From contig JAEOTR010000084.1 of the NCBI GenBank assembly GCA_016839705.1, positions 1 to 64,000 of the forward strand: a DNA stretch of 64,000 bases, read 5' to 3'. The notes under the pieces are model-generated. The model searched no databases, was not told where the DNA came from, and saw nothing but the letters and a program-made list of their open reading frames with translations. Of the stretch, positions 1-10,997 are shown one piece after another. Source of the stretch: Promethearchaeota archaeon. Its GTDB lineage: Archaea > Asgardarchaeota > Lokiarchaeia > Sigyniarchaeales > SOKP01. How positions within the stretch are numbered: position 1 is the first letter of the stretch; every line of letters starts with the position of its first letter. The translations under genes and the position numbers were made by a program.

Positions 1-140
1 CACTAAGAGATGCACAAGCTCATCCAGAAAAATATCCCGACCTATCAGTTAAGGTTACAGGCTACTCCGCTCGATTTATAGACATCGCAAGATCACTTCA
101 AGAGGATATTATCGCAAGAACAGTATTTAATGAACTATAG
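1..140 (+). CDS. 3' end of glycyl radical enzyme (PFL/GRE family), partial
   Basis: Frame from nt 3 reads LRDAQAHPEKYPDLSVKVTGYSARFIDIARSLQEDIIARTVFNEL*, the GRE C-terminal glycyl loop (V-[RK]-V-x-G-Y-S). Adjacent to an activating enzyme. Not in the ORF track. Confidence 0.92.
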   Translation, partial: LRDAQAHPEKYPDLSVKVTGYSARFIDIARSLQEDIIARTVFNEL

Positions 141-182
141 ACTTTTTTTTATATTTTTATTTTTTAGTTTTTTAGTTTTTCA
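141..182 (+). terminator. oligo-T tract, likely archaeal intrinsic terminator
   Basis: Several T runs directly after the GRE stop, between convergent genes. Confidence 0.45.
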
Positions 183-244
183 TCAAAAATTAAGAAGAAG
201 AGTGGTTGTTAATTAGGTTAAGATACAGAAATTGTATTATGCAA

Positions 245-1201
245 TTATCGAGTTAAGCCAGACCACTTAACGTTTTTTACTCCTGTACCTTTAGCAATTT
301 CGAGAAAATGTTCCATTTCTTCCTTCGTCATTAATGCTTCATCCCTTAAAGGCCATGATTTGCCTAATCTTGTATATTTAATTTCGCAGAGTTTATTAAA
401 ACTTAATAAATCCCATCGATCAGGAATATTATTTAATTCATTAACAATGAATTTTCCAATTCCTTTAACATTCTCTTCCGTGGCAGTATAGTTAGGTATT
501 ATTGGTGTCCTTATCCATATAATTTTTCCATTTTCTTTGGTGAACTGTGAAATCCATTTAGCATTTTCTAAAATTGTTTTATTTGAGACACCAGTATATT
601 CTTCATGCTTTTTAGGATCAATAACCTTTAAATCTAAAAGGATTATATCAACATAGGGTAATAAATCTTGATAAACTTTTATACTTGAATATCCACACGT
701 ATCTAAAGCAGTAGAAATACCTTTTGCCTTACATAATTTTAGTAGTCGTAAGAGAAAATCTGATTGTATTGTAGGTTCACCACCAGAAACGGTTATACCT
801 CCTTTGGTTTTATCAAAAAATATTTTCTCTTTCTCTATTTCATGAAAAAGAATTTCTAGATCCCACCACGTGCCAAGCATAGTTAATGCTGTACTGGGAC
901 AAGCTTCTACACAATCTCCACAACTATTACATTTCTCTCTATCAATATGTAAACCATCTTCTTCAAAAAATAAAACATCGTCTTGGCAAGCATCTATACA
1001 ACTATTGCAACCAATGCATTTACGATCTATCCATTGAAGTTGAGGTTTTTTCGGAATTGATTCTGGATTGTGACACCAAATGCATTTTAAGGGGCAATTG
1101 TTAAAAAAAATTGTGGTACGGACACCAGGACCATCGTCAGTCGCCATTCTCTCAATTTTAAAGATTAAACCTTTAGATTTTGACTCTACAATCGACACCA
1201 T
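245..1201 (-). CDS. glycyl-radical enzyme activating enzyme (radical SAM with 2x[4Fe-4S] insert)
   Basis: DGPGVRTTIF, CPLKCIWCHNPES, two CxxCxxCxxxC ferredoxin motifs, GGITVSGGEP. Start moved to ATG 1201 (MVSIVES); the upstream extension is AT-rich filler. Confidence 0.93.
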   Translation of the reverse strand: MVSIVESKSKGLIFKIERMATDDGPGVRTTIFFNNCPLKCIWCHNPESIPKKPQLQWIDRKCIGCNSCIDACQDDVLFFEEDGLHIDREKCNSCGDCVEACPSTALTMLGTWWDLEILFHEIEKEKIFFDKTKGGITVSGGEPTIQSDFLLRLLKLCKAKGISTALDTCGYSSIKVYQDLLPYVDIILLDLKVIDPKKHEEYTGVSNKTILENAKWISQFTKENGKIIWIRTPIIPNYTATEENVKGIGKFIVNELNNIPDRWDLLSFNKLCEIKYTRLGKSWPLRDEALMTKEEMEHFLEIAKGTGVKNVKWSGLTR

Positions 1202-1311
1202 TTTAATTTTTAAAATCTTGTTTAAAAAAAAGATCAAAAAGTACTTGAACAAAAAAATATTAATAAATATATTGTGTAAATTTAAACTCACTTTTATGTT
1301 CTGTGCAATCT

Positions 1312-2046
1312 ATGAATAATGTAAAAAATATTCCTAAGAGCAAAAAAAATACAAGAAGCAGATCCCCTGAAAAGAAAGCTCAAGAATTTGATAGAATTTT
1401 GGATGTAGGGTCACAATTATTTCAAGAACAGGGTCAAGATGGTTTTACACTACGAGGTTTGGCGAAAAGATTAGGGATGACTCCAAATAATCTTTATAAT
1501 TATGTAGAAAGTAAACGAGAACTATGGATTGCAATAAGAAAAAAATTTTATGAACAATTTCGCAATGAAAACCGGGAAATCATTAAAAACTTCAGTGGAT
1601 CAACTATTGAATTATTATTAAAAGTTTTTGAACATTTTTTCAAATTCGCAGAAAAAGATTATGTTGCTTTTCGAATGATGCATATTATCCGTTCTCCCCC
1701 ATCAGATAAAATAGGACCGTTTGAAAAGGAATATAAACAATTTGGTTTTCTAGATGGTACTACTAATCTAATTCAAGAAGCAATTGATAATGGGGAAATC
1801 AAAGAAAAGAATGCCGCAATACTCACATTCTTTCTATTTAGTATTTTATTAGGAAGTGCTATGGTGGAATACGTTATGCGGGATATCGAGGAGAATAGTA
1901 ATAAAAAAGGAAAAGAAATAGAAGAATTTGTGCAATTTGGATCTCAAAATTTCACCAGTAAGGAATTTCGGAAGTATGCGTTAAAGAAAATTGAAAAAGG
2001 ATTAAATGATCCTAATTTATTATTAGATGAATCTGAATATAAATAA
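1312..2046 (+). CDS. TetR/AcrR family transcriptional regulator
   Basis: N-terminal HTH GFTLRGLAKRLGMTPNNLYNYVESKREL; divergent from the activase. Confidence 0.88.
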   Translation: MNNVKNIPKSKKNTRSRSPEKKAQEFDRILDVGSQLFQEQGQDGFTLRGLAKRLGMTPNNLYNYVESKRELWIAIRKKFYEQFRNENREIIKNFSGSTIELLLKVFEHFFKFAEKDYVAFRMMHIIRSPPSDKIGPFEKEYKQFGFLDGTTNLIQEAIDNGEIKEKNAAILTFFLFSILLGSAMVEYVMRDIEENSNKKGKEIEEFVQFGSQNFTSKEFRKYALKKIEKGLNDPNLLLDESEYK

Positions 2047-2185
2047 GTGCCCAAATATTTCATTTCTTCTAAAAAATTTACTTCTGCATAATCTCCTCAA
2101 AATAATATTTGTTTAAAATTCAATAATAACAAGACTCTTTTCCAGAAACAAATTTAATCAAAAATAAAATTTGTTTTAAATTCAG

Positions 2186-2232
2186 ATTCTTTCAATTTTA
2201 AAGATTAATCCTTTAGATTTTAACTCTATAAT
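2186..2232. repeat. degenerate direct repeat of 1146-1192 (5' end of activase gene)
   Basis: attctttcaattttaaagattaatcctttagattttaactctataat versus attctctcaattttaaagattaaacctttagattttgactctacaat: 43/47 identical, with weaker similarity continuing downstream. Confidence 0.8.
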
Positions 2233-2675
2233 GCACCACTAATAAATTCTAAAATATATTTTAGTAAAAAACTAGTTACTTAAGTAGAAGTTATTAATTT
2301 TTAAATTTTTTCTATAATCATGTTAAGCTTTGTCGAAAAACTATATGTTTCGAAGCAGATTATTTCAGTTTTATTCATAATGTTTTAAGTCTTCATAAGA
2401 ATTAAACGGATAACTTTCTCAACTTTTAAAATCTACTCCCCCATTATAATGAGTTTTTATATATTTCTAAGATTCTTAAAGTGTTTATATGAATTTGGGA
2501 AAATTCCTTCAAAAATTTATTAATGAAGATGAAATCATTGATTAAGATGTTAATAATTCATAAATTGTATACCCAGATTCCGTATATTTTTTCTCAATGT
2601 TAATACCAGTATGAAGTTTTAAAATATCTTAGAAAAACTTTTTTGATTTCCACAATTAGATAGAAATAGCAGAAT

Positions 2676-5546
2676 ATGAATGAATTTATAGTCATTAAGG
2701 GTGCTAGACAGAATAACTTAAAGAATATTGATGTGGTAATACCACGTAATAAGCTTGTAGTTGTAACTGGTATCAGTGGAAGTGGGAAATCTAGTTTGGC
2801 AATGGATACGTTATATGCTGAAGGGCAAAGAAGATTTTTAGAATCTTTATCCAGTTATGCTAGACAGTTTTTAGGTGAGATGGATAAACCTGATGTAGAT
2901 TCAATTGAGGGATTATCTCCCGCGATCGCAATTGAGCAAAAAACACTTTCTAAAAACCCAAGAAGCACTGTAGGAACAGTTACAGAGATTTATGATTATT
3001 ATAGGCTATTATTTGCAAATATTGGAATTCCTCATTGTCCCATATGTGGAAAAGAAATAAATCCGCAAACACCTCAACAAATTATTCAAATTGTTTTAGA
3101 TTCAATCAAACCTAATCAGAAATTTATAATTAAAGCACCAATAATTAGGGATCGGAAAGGAGAGTATAAAGAACTCCTACAAGACTTAAAGAAACAAGGT
3201 TACGTGAGAATAGAAATTGATGGAATTCAGTATACTTTAGATGAAGAAATATCAATGGAGAAAAATATCAAACATAATATCAATGTAATTATTGATAGGC
3301 TCATAATGCGCAAAGAAATTAAAACCAGGTTAGCTGATTCAATTGAAACTGCATTAGAATTAGCAGAAGGTTTAGTTATTATTGAGATTATTGACAAGGG
3401 AGAACAAATTTTTTCAGAGCATCTTGCGTGCATTGATTGTAAAACATCTTTCCCACAATTAGATCCAAAAATGTTTTCATTCAATATTCCTCATGGAAGT
3501 TGTAAATACTGCAGCGGATTAGGTACTGTTATGGAATTTGATTATAGTTTAATAATAGGGAATGATTTAACGGTTCCGCTTAAAGAAACACCAATCAGAA
3601 ATATACCCGGATCTGGATCTTTAACTGGATATTTTTGGCAATCTATGACCCAAGTGGCAAAGCATTATGGATTTAATGCTAACAAAACACCACTTCAAGA
3701 TATTGAGCCTGCTATACTCAAAAAAATATTGTTTGGTTCTGAAAATGAGTCAATTGATCTTCATTTTGAAAGCAATGGGAACGACTATAGAAATCAAAAT
3801 GGTGAATTTAAATCATCATATGACGTTACTAGACCTTTTGAAGGAATTATTCCAATGTTACATAGAAGATACATGGAAACTCGTTCAGATTGGGCTCGAG
3901 ATACATATGAAAGTTTTATGAATCGTATCGATTGTCCTCAATGCAAAGGAAAAAGACTAAGACCAGAGAGCTTATCGGTAACTATTAGTAATTTGAATAT
4001 CGCACAATTAACTGATTTAGCTGTAAAAGAATCTGTCAAATTTTTTAAATCATTAAAGTTAAATGAGACTGAAGTATCGATCGTAAAAGAAGTTATGAAA
4101 GAAATTATGGATCGATTGTCTTTTTTAGAAAATGTAGGTTTAGATTATATTTCATTGAGTCGACGTTCGCATACTCTATCAGTTGGAGAAGCAGAAAGAA
4201 TTAGATTAGCAACTCAATTAGGTTCTAGTTTGGTAGGAGTATTATACGTTTTAGATGAACCAAGCGTTGGTTTACATCAAAGGGATATAAATCGTCTTAT
4301 TAATATGTTAAAAAAGTTAAGGGATTTGGGTAATACTGTCATTGTTGTCGAACATGATGAAGCGATAATGCAAAACGCTGATCATATTATTGACTTGGGA
4401 CCTTTAGCTGGTGTCCATGGAGGAGAAATAGTAGCTGAAGGGACATTGGAAGAGATCACAAAATCTGACACTCTCACAGGAAAATATCTATCAGGTAAAG
4501 AAAAAATAATAATCCCAAAAAATCGTCGTATATCAACTGATGAAAATCTTGAGATATTAGGGGCACGAGAAAACAACCTCAAAAATATAAATGTGAAAAT
4601 TCCTTTAGGAGTATTTTCTTGTGTAACAGGTGTTTCAGGAGCTGGAAAAACAAGCCTCATTATAGAATGCTTATATAAAGGTTTACATAATTTGATAAAT
4701 ACACGGAGTTCAAAAATAAAAGAAGGGGATTTTGACTCCATCAAGGGTTATGACAATATAGATAAAATCATAAATATAGATCAATCTCCGATTGGAAGAA
4801 CTCCAAGATCTGTACCGGCAACATATACAAAAGCATTAGATTACATTAGAGATCTTTTTGCAGGATTGCTAGAATCAAGAGAAAGAGGATATAATAAAGG
4901 TAGATTTAGTTTCAATACTAAATCCGGTCACTGTAAAAAATGCAAAGGTACAGGATATATACTTAAAGAAATGTATTTCTTACCTGATGTATATATTAAA
5001 TGTGATTTATGTAAAGAAAAAAGATATAATGCTGAAACTTTAGAAGTTAAATATAAAGAGAAAACGATTGCTGACGTCTTGAAAATGACATTCAACCAAG
5101 CTCTAGAATTTTTTGAAAATATTCCAAATCTAAAAAGAACCCTAAAGACTGTCGTAGATGTGGGATTAGGATACTTAGAACTAGGTCAATCATCAACAAC
5201 ATTAAGTGGGGGAGAATCCCAAAGATTAAAAATTGCGAGAGAGTTGCGGAAAACTAGCACAGGAAATACTCTTTATGTACTAGATGAGCCCACAACGGGT
5301 TTACATATGTATGATATTAAGTTTTTATTAGAAGTTCTTCAAAGATTAGTAGATAAAGGAAACACAGTTATAATTATTGAACACAATATGGATATTATAA
5401 AATCTGCTGATTATATTATAGATCTTGGACCTGAGGGTGGTGAAAAGGGTGGAAATATTGTTGTAACAGGCACTCCCGAAGAAATTATAAAAAATAATCA
5501 TTCTTTCACCGCTCAGTTTTTAAATGAATACTTAAATAATAAATAA
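2676..5546 (+). CDS. uvrA: excinuclease ABC subunit A
   Basis: GARQNNLKNI, two Walker A motifs (GISGSGKS, GVSGAGKT), zinc fingers, LSGGESQR, LDEPTTGLH. Confidence 0.98.
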   Translation: MNEFIVIKGARQNNLKNIDVVIPRNKLVVVTGISGSGKSSLAMDTLYAEGQRRFLESLSSYARQFLGEMDKPDVDSIEGLSPAIAIEQKTLSKNPRSTVGTVTEIYDYYRLLFANIGIPHCPICGKEINPQTPQQIIQIVLDSIKPNQKFIIKAPIIRDRKGEYKELLQDLKKQGYVRIEIDGIQYTLDEEISMEKNIKHNINVIIDRLIMRKEIKTRLADSIETALELAEGLVIIEIIDKGEQIFSEHLACIDCKTSFPQLDPKMFSFNIPHGSCKYCSGLGTVMEFDYSLIIGNDLTVPLKETPIRNIPGSGSLTGYFWQSMTQVAKHYGFNANKTPLQDIEPAILKKILFGSENESIDLHFESNGNDYRNQNGEFKSSYDVTRPFEGIIPMLHRRYMETRSDWARDTYESFMNRIDCPQCKGKRLRPESLSVTISNLNIAQLTDLAVKESVKFFKSLKLNETEVSIVKEVMKEIMDRLSFLENVGLDYISLSRRSHTLSVGEAERIRLATQLGSSLVGVLYVLDEPSVGLHQRDINRLINMLKKLRDLGNTVIVVEHDEAIMQNADHIIDLGPLAGVHGGEIVAEGTLEEITKSDTLTGKYLSGKEKIIIPKNRRISTDENLEILGARENNLKNINVKIPLGVFSCVTGVSGAGKTSLIIECLYKGLHNLINTRSSKIKEGDFDSIKGYDNIDKIINIDQSPIGRTPRSVPATYTKALDYIRDLFAGLLESRERGYNKGRFSFNTKSGHCKKCKGTGYILKEMYFLPDVYIKCDLCKEKRYNAETLEVKYKEKTIADVLKMTFNQALEFFENIPNLKRTLKTVVDVGLGYLELGQSSTTLSGGESQRLKIARELRKTSTGNTLYVLDEPTTGLHMYDIKFLLEVLQRLVDKGNTVIIIEHNMDIIKSADYIIDLGPEGGEKGGNIVVTGTPEEIIKNNHSFTAQFLNEYLNNK

Positions 5547-5572
5547 ATCCTTAAAAAATTAAGGTGTTCTAA

Positions 5573-6037
5573 ATGCAAATATTTTTAGCGGAAGAATCCC
5601 ATCTTTCAGGGATCTTGGAAATATGGAAAGAATTCATGGATTATCATAAGGATTTAGATTCTTTGTTTACTAGAAGAGAAGATGGTCATCTAAATTTCAA
5701 AAAATATATTAGAAATTTAATTAAATCAAATAACGCTCAGGTGTTAGTAGTTTTAGATAAAGAAGATGTTGTAGGATATTCAATATCTCTCATACAATTT
5801 TACCCTCCGGTCTTTAAACAAAGAGGTTATGGATTAATTAATGATATAGCTATAAAAGAAACCCATAGAAGGAAAGGTTTAGGGGAACAAATGCTTTCTA
5901 AAATGTTTCAATGGTTTGAATCTCATGGGTTAGATAGAATCGAATTACGTGTCTCTGTGAGAAATAAAATAGGCTATTCATTTTGGAAGAAAAATGGATT
6001 TAAAGATTATCAGCATATTTTATATTTAAAAAGGTAA
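5573..6037 (+). CDS. GNAT family N-acetyltransferase
   Basis: Motif A HRRKGLG; C-terminal N...FWKKNGF. Confidence 0.88.
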   Translation: MQIFLAEESHLSGILEIWKEFMDYHKDLDSLFTRREDGHLNFKKYIRNLIKSNNAQVLVVLDKEDVVGYSISLIQFYPPVFKQRGYGLINDIAIKETHRRKGLGEQMLSKMFQWFESHGLDRIELRVSVRNKIGYSFWKKNGFKDYQHILYLKR

Positions 6038-6206
6038 TAGAATAAGATTAGTTTCAGAAGCTAAAAGAAATTTCATTTTTATGCTTAACATATTCTTTAT
6101 TAAATCTTAAAATTTAGGATAAAATTCTAAACTTATAGTTGATATTTTTATACTATTAATATAGATTATATAGATTGTATTAATTATTCGAGATTCGTGG
6201 TAATTT

Positions 6207-8012
6207 ATGACAGAAGTTGAAAATAAGATAATTAGGGCTCCTATTACTTGTATTTTAGGTCACATAGATCATGGTAAAACCACTATCCTAGATTATATTA
6301 GAGGAACAATTGTTCAGCAAAGAGAGGCTGCGGGAATTACTCAACATATTGGAGCATCTTATTTTCCAACTGAAGATATTAAAAATTTTTTAAGGAAATC
6401 AAAACAGGAATTCGCAGAAAAAGATATTAAACTTCCAGGCATATTAGTGATCGATACACCAGGTCACGCTGCCTTTCTAAATCTACGACGTCGCGGTGGT
6501 GCAGTAGCAGACATAGCTATCTTAGTAATTGACGTGACTGCTGGTACTATGCCAATAACCTGGGAATCTGTGAGAATTTTAAGAGATCGAAAAACACCTT
6601 TTGTAATCGCAGCAAATAAAATTGATAGAATCTCTGGTTGGAAGTCTAAAAAAGATGCAGATTTTTTAGATTCATACAACAGTCAAAAACCCCATGTTAA
6701 AGAATTTTTAGACGAAAAAATATTTCAAATTATGGGAAATTTTTTAGAAGAGGGATTTAAGGGAATAGAAAGATATGATAAAATTAAAGATTTTACCAAG
6801 CAGGTGGCTATTGTTCCTACAAGTGGTAAAACTGGAGAGGGAATTTCCACCTTGCTGTTGATATTAATGGGATTAGTTCAACAATATCTAACGGAAAATC
6901 TGAAGTTTTCTGAAGGACCTGCTAAAGGTGTAGTATTGGAAGTTAAAAAGGAGAAGGGACAAGGGAAAACTATGGACGTCTTAATCTATGATGGTGTTAT
7001 TAATAAGGGAGATGAGTTTATAGTTGGGGGTTTAGAAAAACCGATTAAATCAAAAGTGAGAGCGTTATTAATACCAAAGCCATTAGACGAAATAAGAGAT
7101 CCAAGACAAAAATTTGATTCAGTTGATTTAGTAGCTGCAGCAGCAGGTATTAAAATTCTTTCACCAAATATAGAAAATGTTGTAGCTGGATCCCCTTTTA
7201 GGGGAATTGGAGATCCCTCTGAAGAAACTACTATATATAATGAAGTTGAATCTGAAGTAGAAAGCATTCGTATTAAAACTGATAAAGCTGGTGTTGTTTT
7301 AAAAGCAGATACATTAGGATCTCTTGAAGCTTTAGAAAATCATTTTACAAAAAATGGAGTTAAAATCAGCATTGCGGATGTAGGACCAATTAAAAAAGAA
7401 GATATAATCAATGCGAATATTGTAAAAGAATTTGACCCTTACTCTGCAACCGTGCTTGGATTTAATGTTCCGATACTTCCTGAAGCAAACGAGCAAGCAC
7501 TTACTGATAACATACGGATTTTTACTAATAATGTAATCTATCGATTATTAGAAGATTACATAGAATATTCTGATACAAGAAAAGCAGAAGATACTGCTAA
7601 AGGATTAAGTGAGTTAATTCTACCCGCAAAACTAAAAATGTTACCAGATTTTATCTTTAGAAATTCAAATCCCGCTGTGTTCGGTGTAAAAGTTGAAGCA
7701 GGAACGTTATATCCAAAAGTACCATTAATAACTGAAGAAGGCAAAAGGGTTAAAAGAATTCATCAAATTCAAGACAAAGGACAGACTGTGGAAAAAGCAG
7801 TAAGGGATTCGGAAGTTGCAGTGTCTATCCGTGGTATCGAAATAGGAAGAGATATTGGAAATGATGAAACTCTTTTTGTGAATCTCCCAGAATCTCATGT
7901 AAGGCAATTAATGGGAAAATTCCTTGATGAATTAACCACAGATCAAAAGGAGGCTCTTAGAGAATTTATTAAATTAAAAAGAACTCATGAACACCCATGG
8001 TGGGGGATGTAG
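6207..8012 (+). CDS. infB: translation initiation factor aIF5B (IF-2)
   Basis: LGHIDHGKT, EAAGITQHIGA, DTPGHAAF, NKID, KADTLGSLEAL, FRNSNPAVFGV. Confidence 0.97.
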   Translation: MTEVENKIIRAPITCILGHIDHGKTTILDYIRGTIVQQREAAGITQHIGASYFPTEDIKNFLRKSKQEFAEKDIKLPGILVIDTPGHAAFLNLRRRGGAVADIAILVIDVTAGTMPITWESVRILRDRKTPFVIAANKIDRISGWKSKKDADFLDSYNSQKPHVKEFLDEKIFQIMGNFLEEGFKGIERYDKIKDFTKQVAIVPTSGKTGEGISTLLLILMGLVQQYLTENLKFSEGPAKGVVLEVKKEKGQGKTMDVLIYDGVINKGDEFIVGGLEKPIKSKVRALLIPKPLDEIRDPRQKFDSVDLVAAAAGIKILSPNIENVVAGSPFRGIGDPSEETTIYNEVESEVESIRIKTDKAGVVLKADTLGSLEALENHFTKNGVKISIADVGPIKKEDIINANIVKEFDPYSATVLGFNVPILPEANEQALTDNIRIFTNNVIYRLLEDYIEYSDTRKAEDTAKGLSELILPAKLKMLPDFIFRNSNPAVFGVKVEAGTLYPKVPLITEEGKRVKRIHQIQDKGQTVEKAVRDSEVAVSIRGIEIGRDIGNDETLFVNLPESHVRQLMGKFLDELTTDQKEALREFIKLKRTHEHPWWGM

Positions 8013-8020
8013 TCAATTCA

Positions 8021-9478
8021 ATGTCCCCATTTGGTGAAATTTTTGAAGAAATTCTAAAGGAAATTACTCCCACTCAAAAAGAGATAGATTCAATTAATAA
8101 TATAGCTGAGATATTAAAAAAACAGCTGAAAAAAAGAGCCATTGAATTACAAATTAATTATACAAAGATCGAGCCTCAAGGTTCAACAGGAATCAAACAG
8201 ACACAATTAAAAGATGATTTTGATATCGATCTATTTATCGGATTAGATTATAAAGATTTTGAACCAAAATATCAGGGACTAAGCAGGAATAAATTAAAAA
8301 AAGAGTCTAAAAAGGATTTCTTGGATTTATGCAATAACTGGGTCATCCCAAGTTTGTCCTTGAGGGAATTTAAGAATCCTCGTCTTTTATATGCTGAACA
8401 TCCTTATGTAACAGTAGATTATCATAGTAGGGATGTAAGAATAAAGATTGATATTGTTCTGTATTTTGATTTAGAGTTAGAATTGATTCAAGAACAAGGA
8501 CCCATAACTGCTGTTGATAGATCTCCTTGGCATGGACGCTTTATACGAGATAATTTATCACAAGATCAAAAAAATAACGTTCGTCTTCTAAAACAATTTT
8601 TCAAATCTAATCATAGCTATGGTGATAAGAGCTCTTTAGGAAAAGTGGGTTTTATAGGATATAGTGCAGAATTACTCATTTATTATTTTAATAATATCTC
8701 AAACCTTTTTGATAACTTTATTAAACTGAGAACAACCCCATTAGATTATTACAATAGAAAAATCGAAGAATTAAAAAAAATTAAACATTTTCAAAATGAT
8801 TACTTAATTATTGTAGATCCCATTGATAAGAATAGAAATGTAGCTTCAGCAATATCAGAAAGAGCCTATAAATACTGTAACTATAGAATTAACAGTTTTT
8901 TAAAAAATCCAAGCAGAAGTTTTTTTGAAATAAAACCCATTCCTGAATTTGAATTAAAAAATTCAACAGAACTATCTCTCTCAAAAATTTTTATTATTGA
9001 AATAAGGAATCTTGATAGTAAAATTCATTACACAATAAATAGAGATAAACTACATTCTCTTGGAGAATACATTAAATCTGTAGGAGAAAAAGAGGCTACA
9101 CACGCAGAAAAATTTGGTACAATAATCTATGAAGTATATTTCGAAGATAATCTCAATGAATATAACATTGTTTTATATTGTGAAAAACCAGATATTACAA
9201 AAACTTATATTCGTAAGGGACCTTCAGTTAAAGATGGGTTTCATGCCAAAAATTTTAAAAAAAAAAATCCCAATCATTTTGAAAAAAACGGATATTTTTG
9301 GGTAGAAACTAAAAGAGATTTTAGCAATATCCTTCTCTTTTTACAATATATAATCAACCAGAGGATCCCCGAAAATTTCAAAGTTATCAATATCGCAAAT
9401 TGCTTAAATATAATTACCACTTCAGGAAAGAAAGCGACTACAATCCTTACTCGTATGGTGCTACCCTTTTATTTATAG
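8021..9478 (+). CDS. cca: class I (archaeal) CCA-adding enzyme
   Basis: GSTGIKQTQLKDDFDIDLF nucleotidyltransferase motif, YAEHPYV, TAVDRSPWH, GFIGYSAELL, DPIDKNRNVASA. Start at ATG 8021 preferred. Confidence 0.93.
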   Translation: MSPFGEIFEEILKEITPTQKEIDSINNIAEILKKQLKKRAIELQINYTKIEPQGSTGIKQTQLKDDFDIDLFIGLDYKDFEPKYQGLSRNKLKKESKKDFLDLCNNWVIPSLSLREFKNPRLLYAEHPYVTVDYHSRDVRIKIDIVLYFDLELELIQEQGPITAVDRSPWHGRFIRDNLSQDQKNNVRLLKQFFKSNHSYGDKSSLGKVGFIGYSAELLIYYFNNISNLFDNFIKLRTTPLDYYNRKIEELKKIKHFQNDYLIIVDPIDKNRNVASAISERAYKYCNYRINSFLKNPSRSFFEIKPIPEFELKNSTELSLSKIFIIEIRNLDSKIHYTINRDKLHSLGEYIKSVGEKEATHAEKFGTIIYEVYFEDNLNEYNIVLYCEKPDITKTYIRKGPSVKDGFHAKNFKKKNPNHFEKNGYFWVETKRDFSNILLFLQYIINQRIPENFKVINIANCLNIITTSGKKATTILTRMVLPFYL

Positions 9479-9481
9479 AAC

Positions 9482-10788
9482 TCAATATTGTTCAGGAATT
9501 AAGAGTATAACTTTAGTGCCTTTAGTATAATCTCATTTAATTCGATCCTCAGCCCAGATAATTCCTTTAAAACTGTGTATAACTTCCCTAACAAGTAATA
9601 GACCTAAACCAATTCTTTTATGGTCTTTAGGTTTATCATAGATAGTAAAAAAATACTCTCTTTCATCTTTTCTGGCATCCCTATACCATTATCTATGAAT
9701 TCTATCCTTATATAGTTTATATCCTTTTCTTGGTGCTTAGAAATCTTTATCGTTATCTCTATTTCTGGATTATTGTTATATCGAATTGCATTATTTAATA
9801 ATATTCTAAAAACATCGTATAAAATTTCATTTGCATATACTTTTGTAGGTTTTTCCATCGAATTGAAATTGATCTTAATTTTTTTTTCTAGAAATCTTGT
9901 CTTCACATATTCTATTGCTTCTTCTAAGATACTCTCTACTTGAATTATTGCTTTTTGAATATCCCCTGATTATAGATCTGAGAGTTTTCTTACATTTACT
10001 CTAAGTTCCGCCCCTCGATTGACTTGGGTTTTAGCAAGATTTACTAGTTCAGTTATTTTCTTTTCATTTATTTGTTTCCCCGCTTCTTGAGCAATAATTT
10101 CCAATGAAAATTCTAAATTTTGGAGAATATTATTGATGTCATGAACAAAAAGATCTTTATAAAATTCCACTCTGTTATATGCTAATCGATATTTAGATTC
10201 CGATTTAATTATTCTATCTTCAATAAGAGCAACTAAACCAGTAAGAAGTATATTTGTTGCCATAACAGCTGAAGAAAATAGGAAAAATTCTTCTGCTCCT
10301 TCAACAACCACATCTCTCAATACTATAGCGATTAAATTTAATATCCCACCCATTAAAATAAAACACAAAAAAGCATGTGTGGGAGTCTTTTTCTTCAAAT
10401 AAATTCTGAAATTTAAAAATAGCGCAATAATCAATAATAAGCCAATTATTACTTGTAAACTAATTGATAGTATTAGCTGAAGACCAAATTGTAGAACTAG
10501 AAGAAGTGCCCCAGATTTAATAGGACGTATAAAACTATTGTAATATTCATAGGAAACAGCCACGATAATCAAGAGAAGAGTGAGAGATGAAAATATAAGA
10601 CCTGTTAGGTAATATGCATCATAATCTTCCTGAGATATTAACCTAAAAAGCTCAGAGATAGAACCTGCAATAAAAGCAAAGAGCCAAGAAAATTGATCTC
10701 GCCGTTAAAAACATACTCCTGCAAATAATATTGTCCCAAGAAAAAACATGCCTGTAATTGAAAGCTTAAACATAAAATAAGTAATCAT
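9482..10788 (-). pseudogene. membrane sensor histidine kinase pseudogene
   Basis: TM region, H-box (FVHDINNILQ), N-box (NNAIRY), G1 (DNGIG), G2 (IGLGL, shifted frame). Broken by an in-frame TAA near 10705, a TAA at 9970, a frameshift in a T run near 9650 and a TGA near 9535. Confidence 0.88.
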
Positions 10789-10985
10789 AATTATCGGTCT
10801 TAATCCTTCTAAATTTTTTTGCTAAAATACTAATAGAGTTAACTGTTTTAAATTTAAACCTATCCTAAGATAAGTGTTCCTCCTAAGAATAAGAATTTAT
10901 AGCTTAAATTCATAAAACTTTTATGATTTCACGTATTCTATTCCTTAATTAGAATATGAAAATATAGATAAAAAGAATTTAACAA

Positions 10986-10990
10986 GGTGA
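10986..10990 (+). promoter_or_regulatory. SD-like GGTGA, 7 nt before the putative ATA start of the EF-2 paralog
   Basis: aaGGTGAaaaacttATAgtc; in-frame TAA at 10980-10982 excludes an upstream start. Confidence 0.65.
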
Positions 10991-10997
10991 AAAACTT

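Noticed and set aside
9960-9990. Possible BHB intron around the internal stops of the histidine kinase
   Set aside because: No extra sequence is apparent and no bulge-helix-bulge pairing was found; single substitutions explain the stops.
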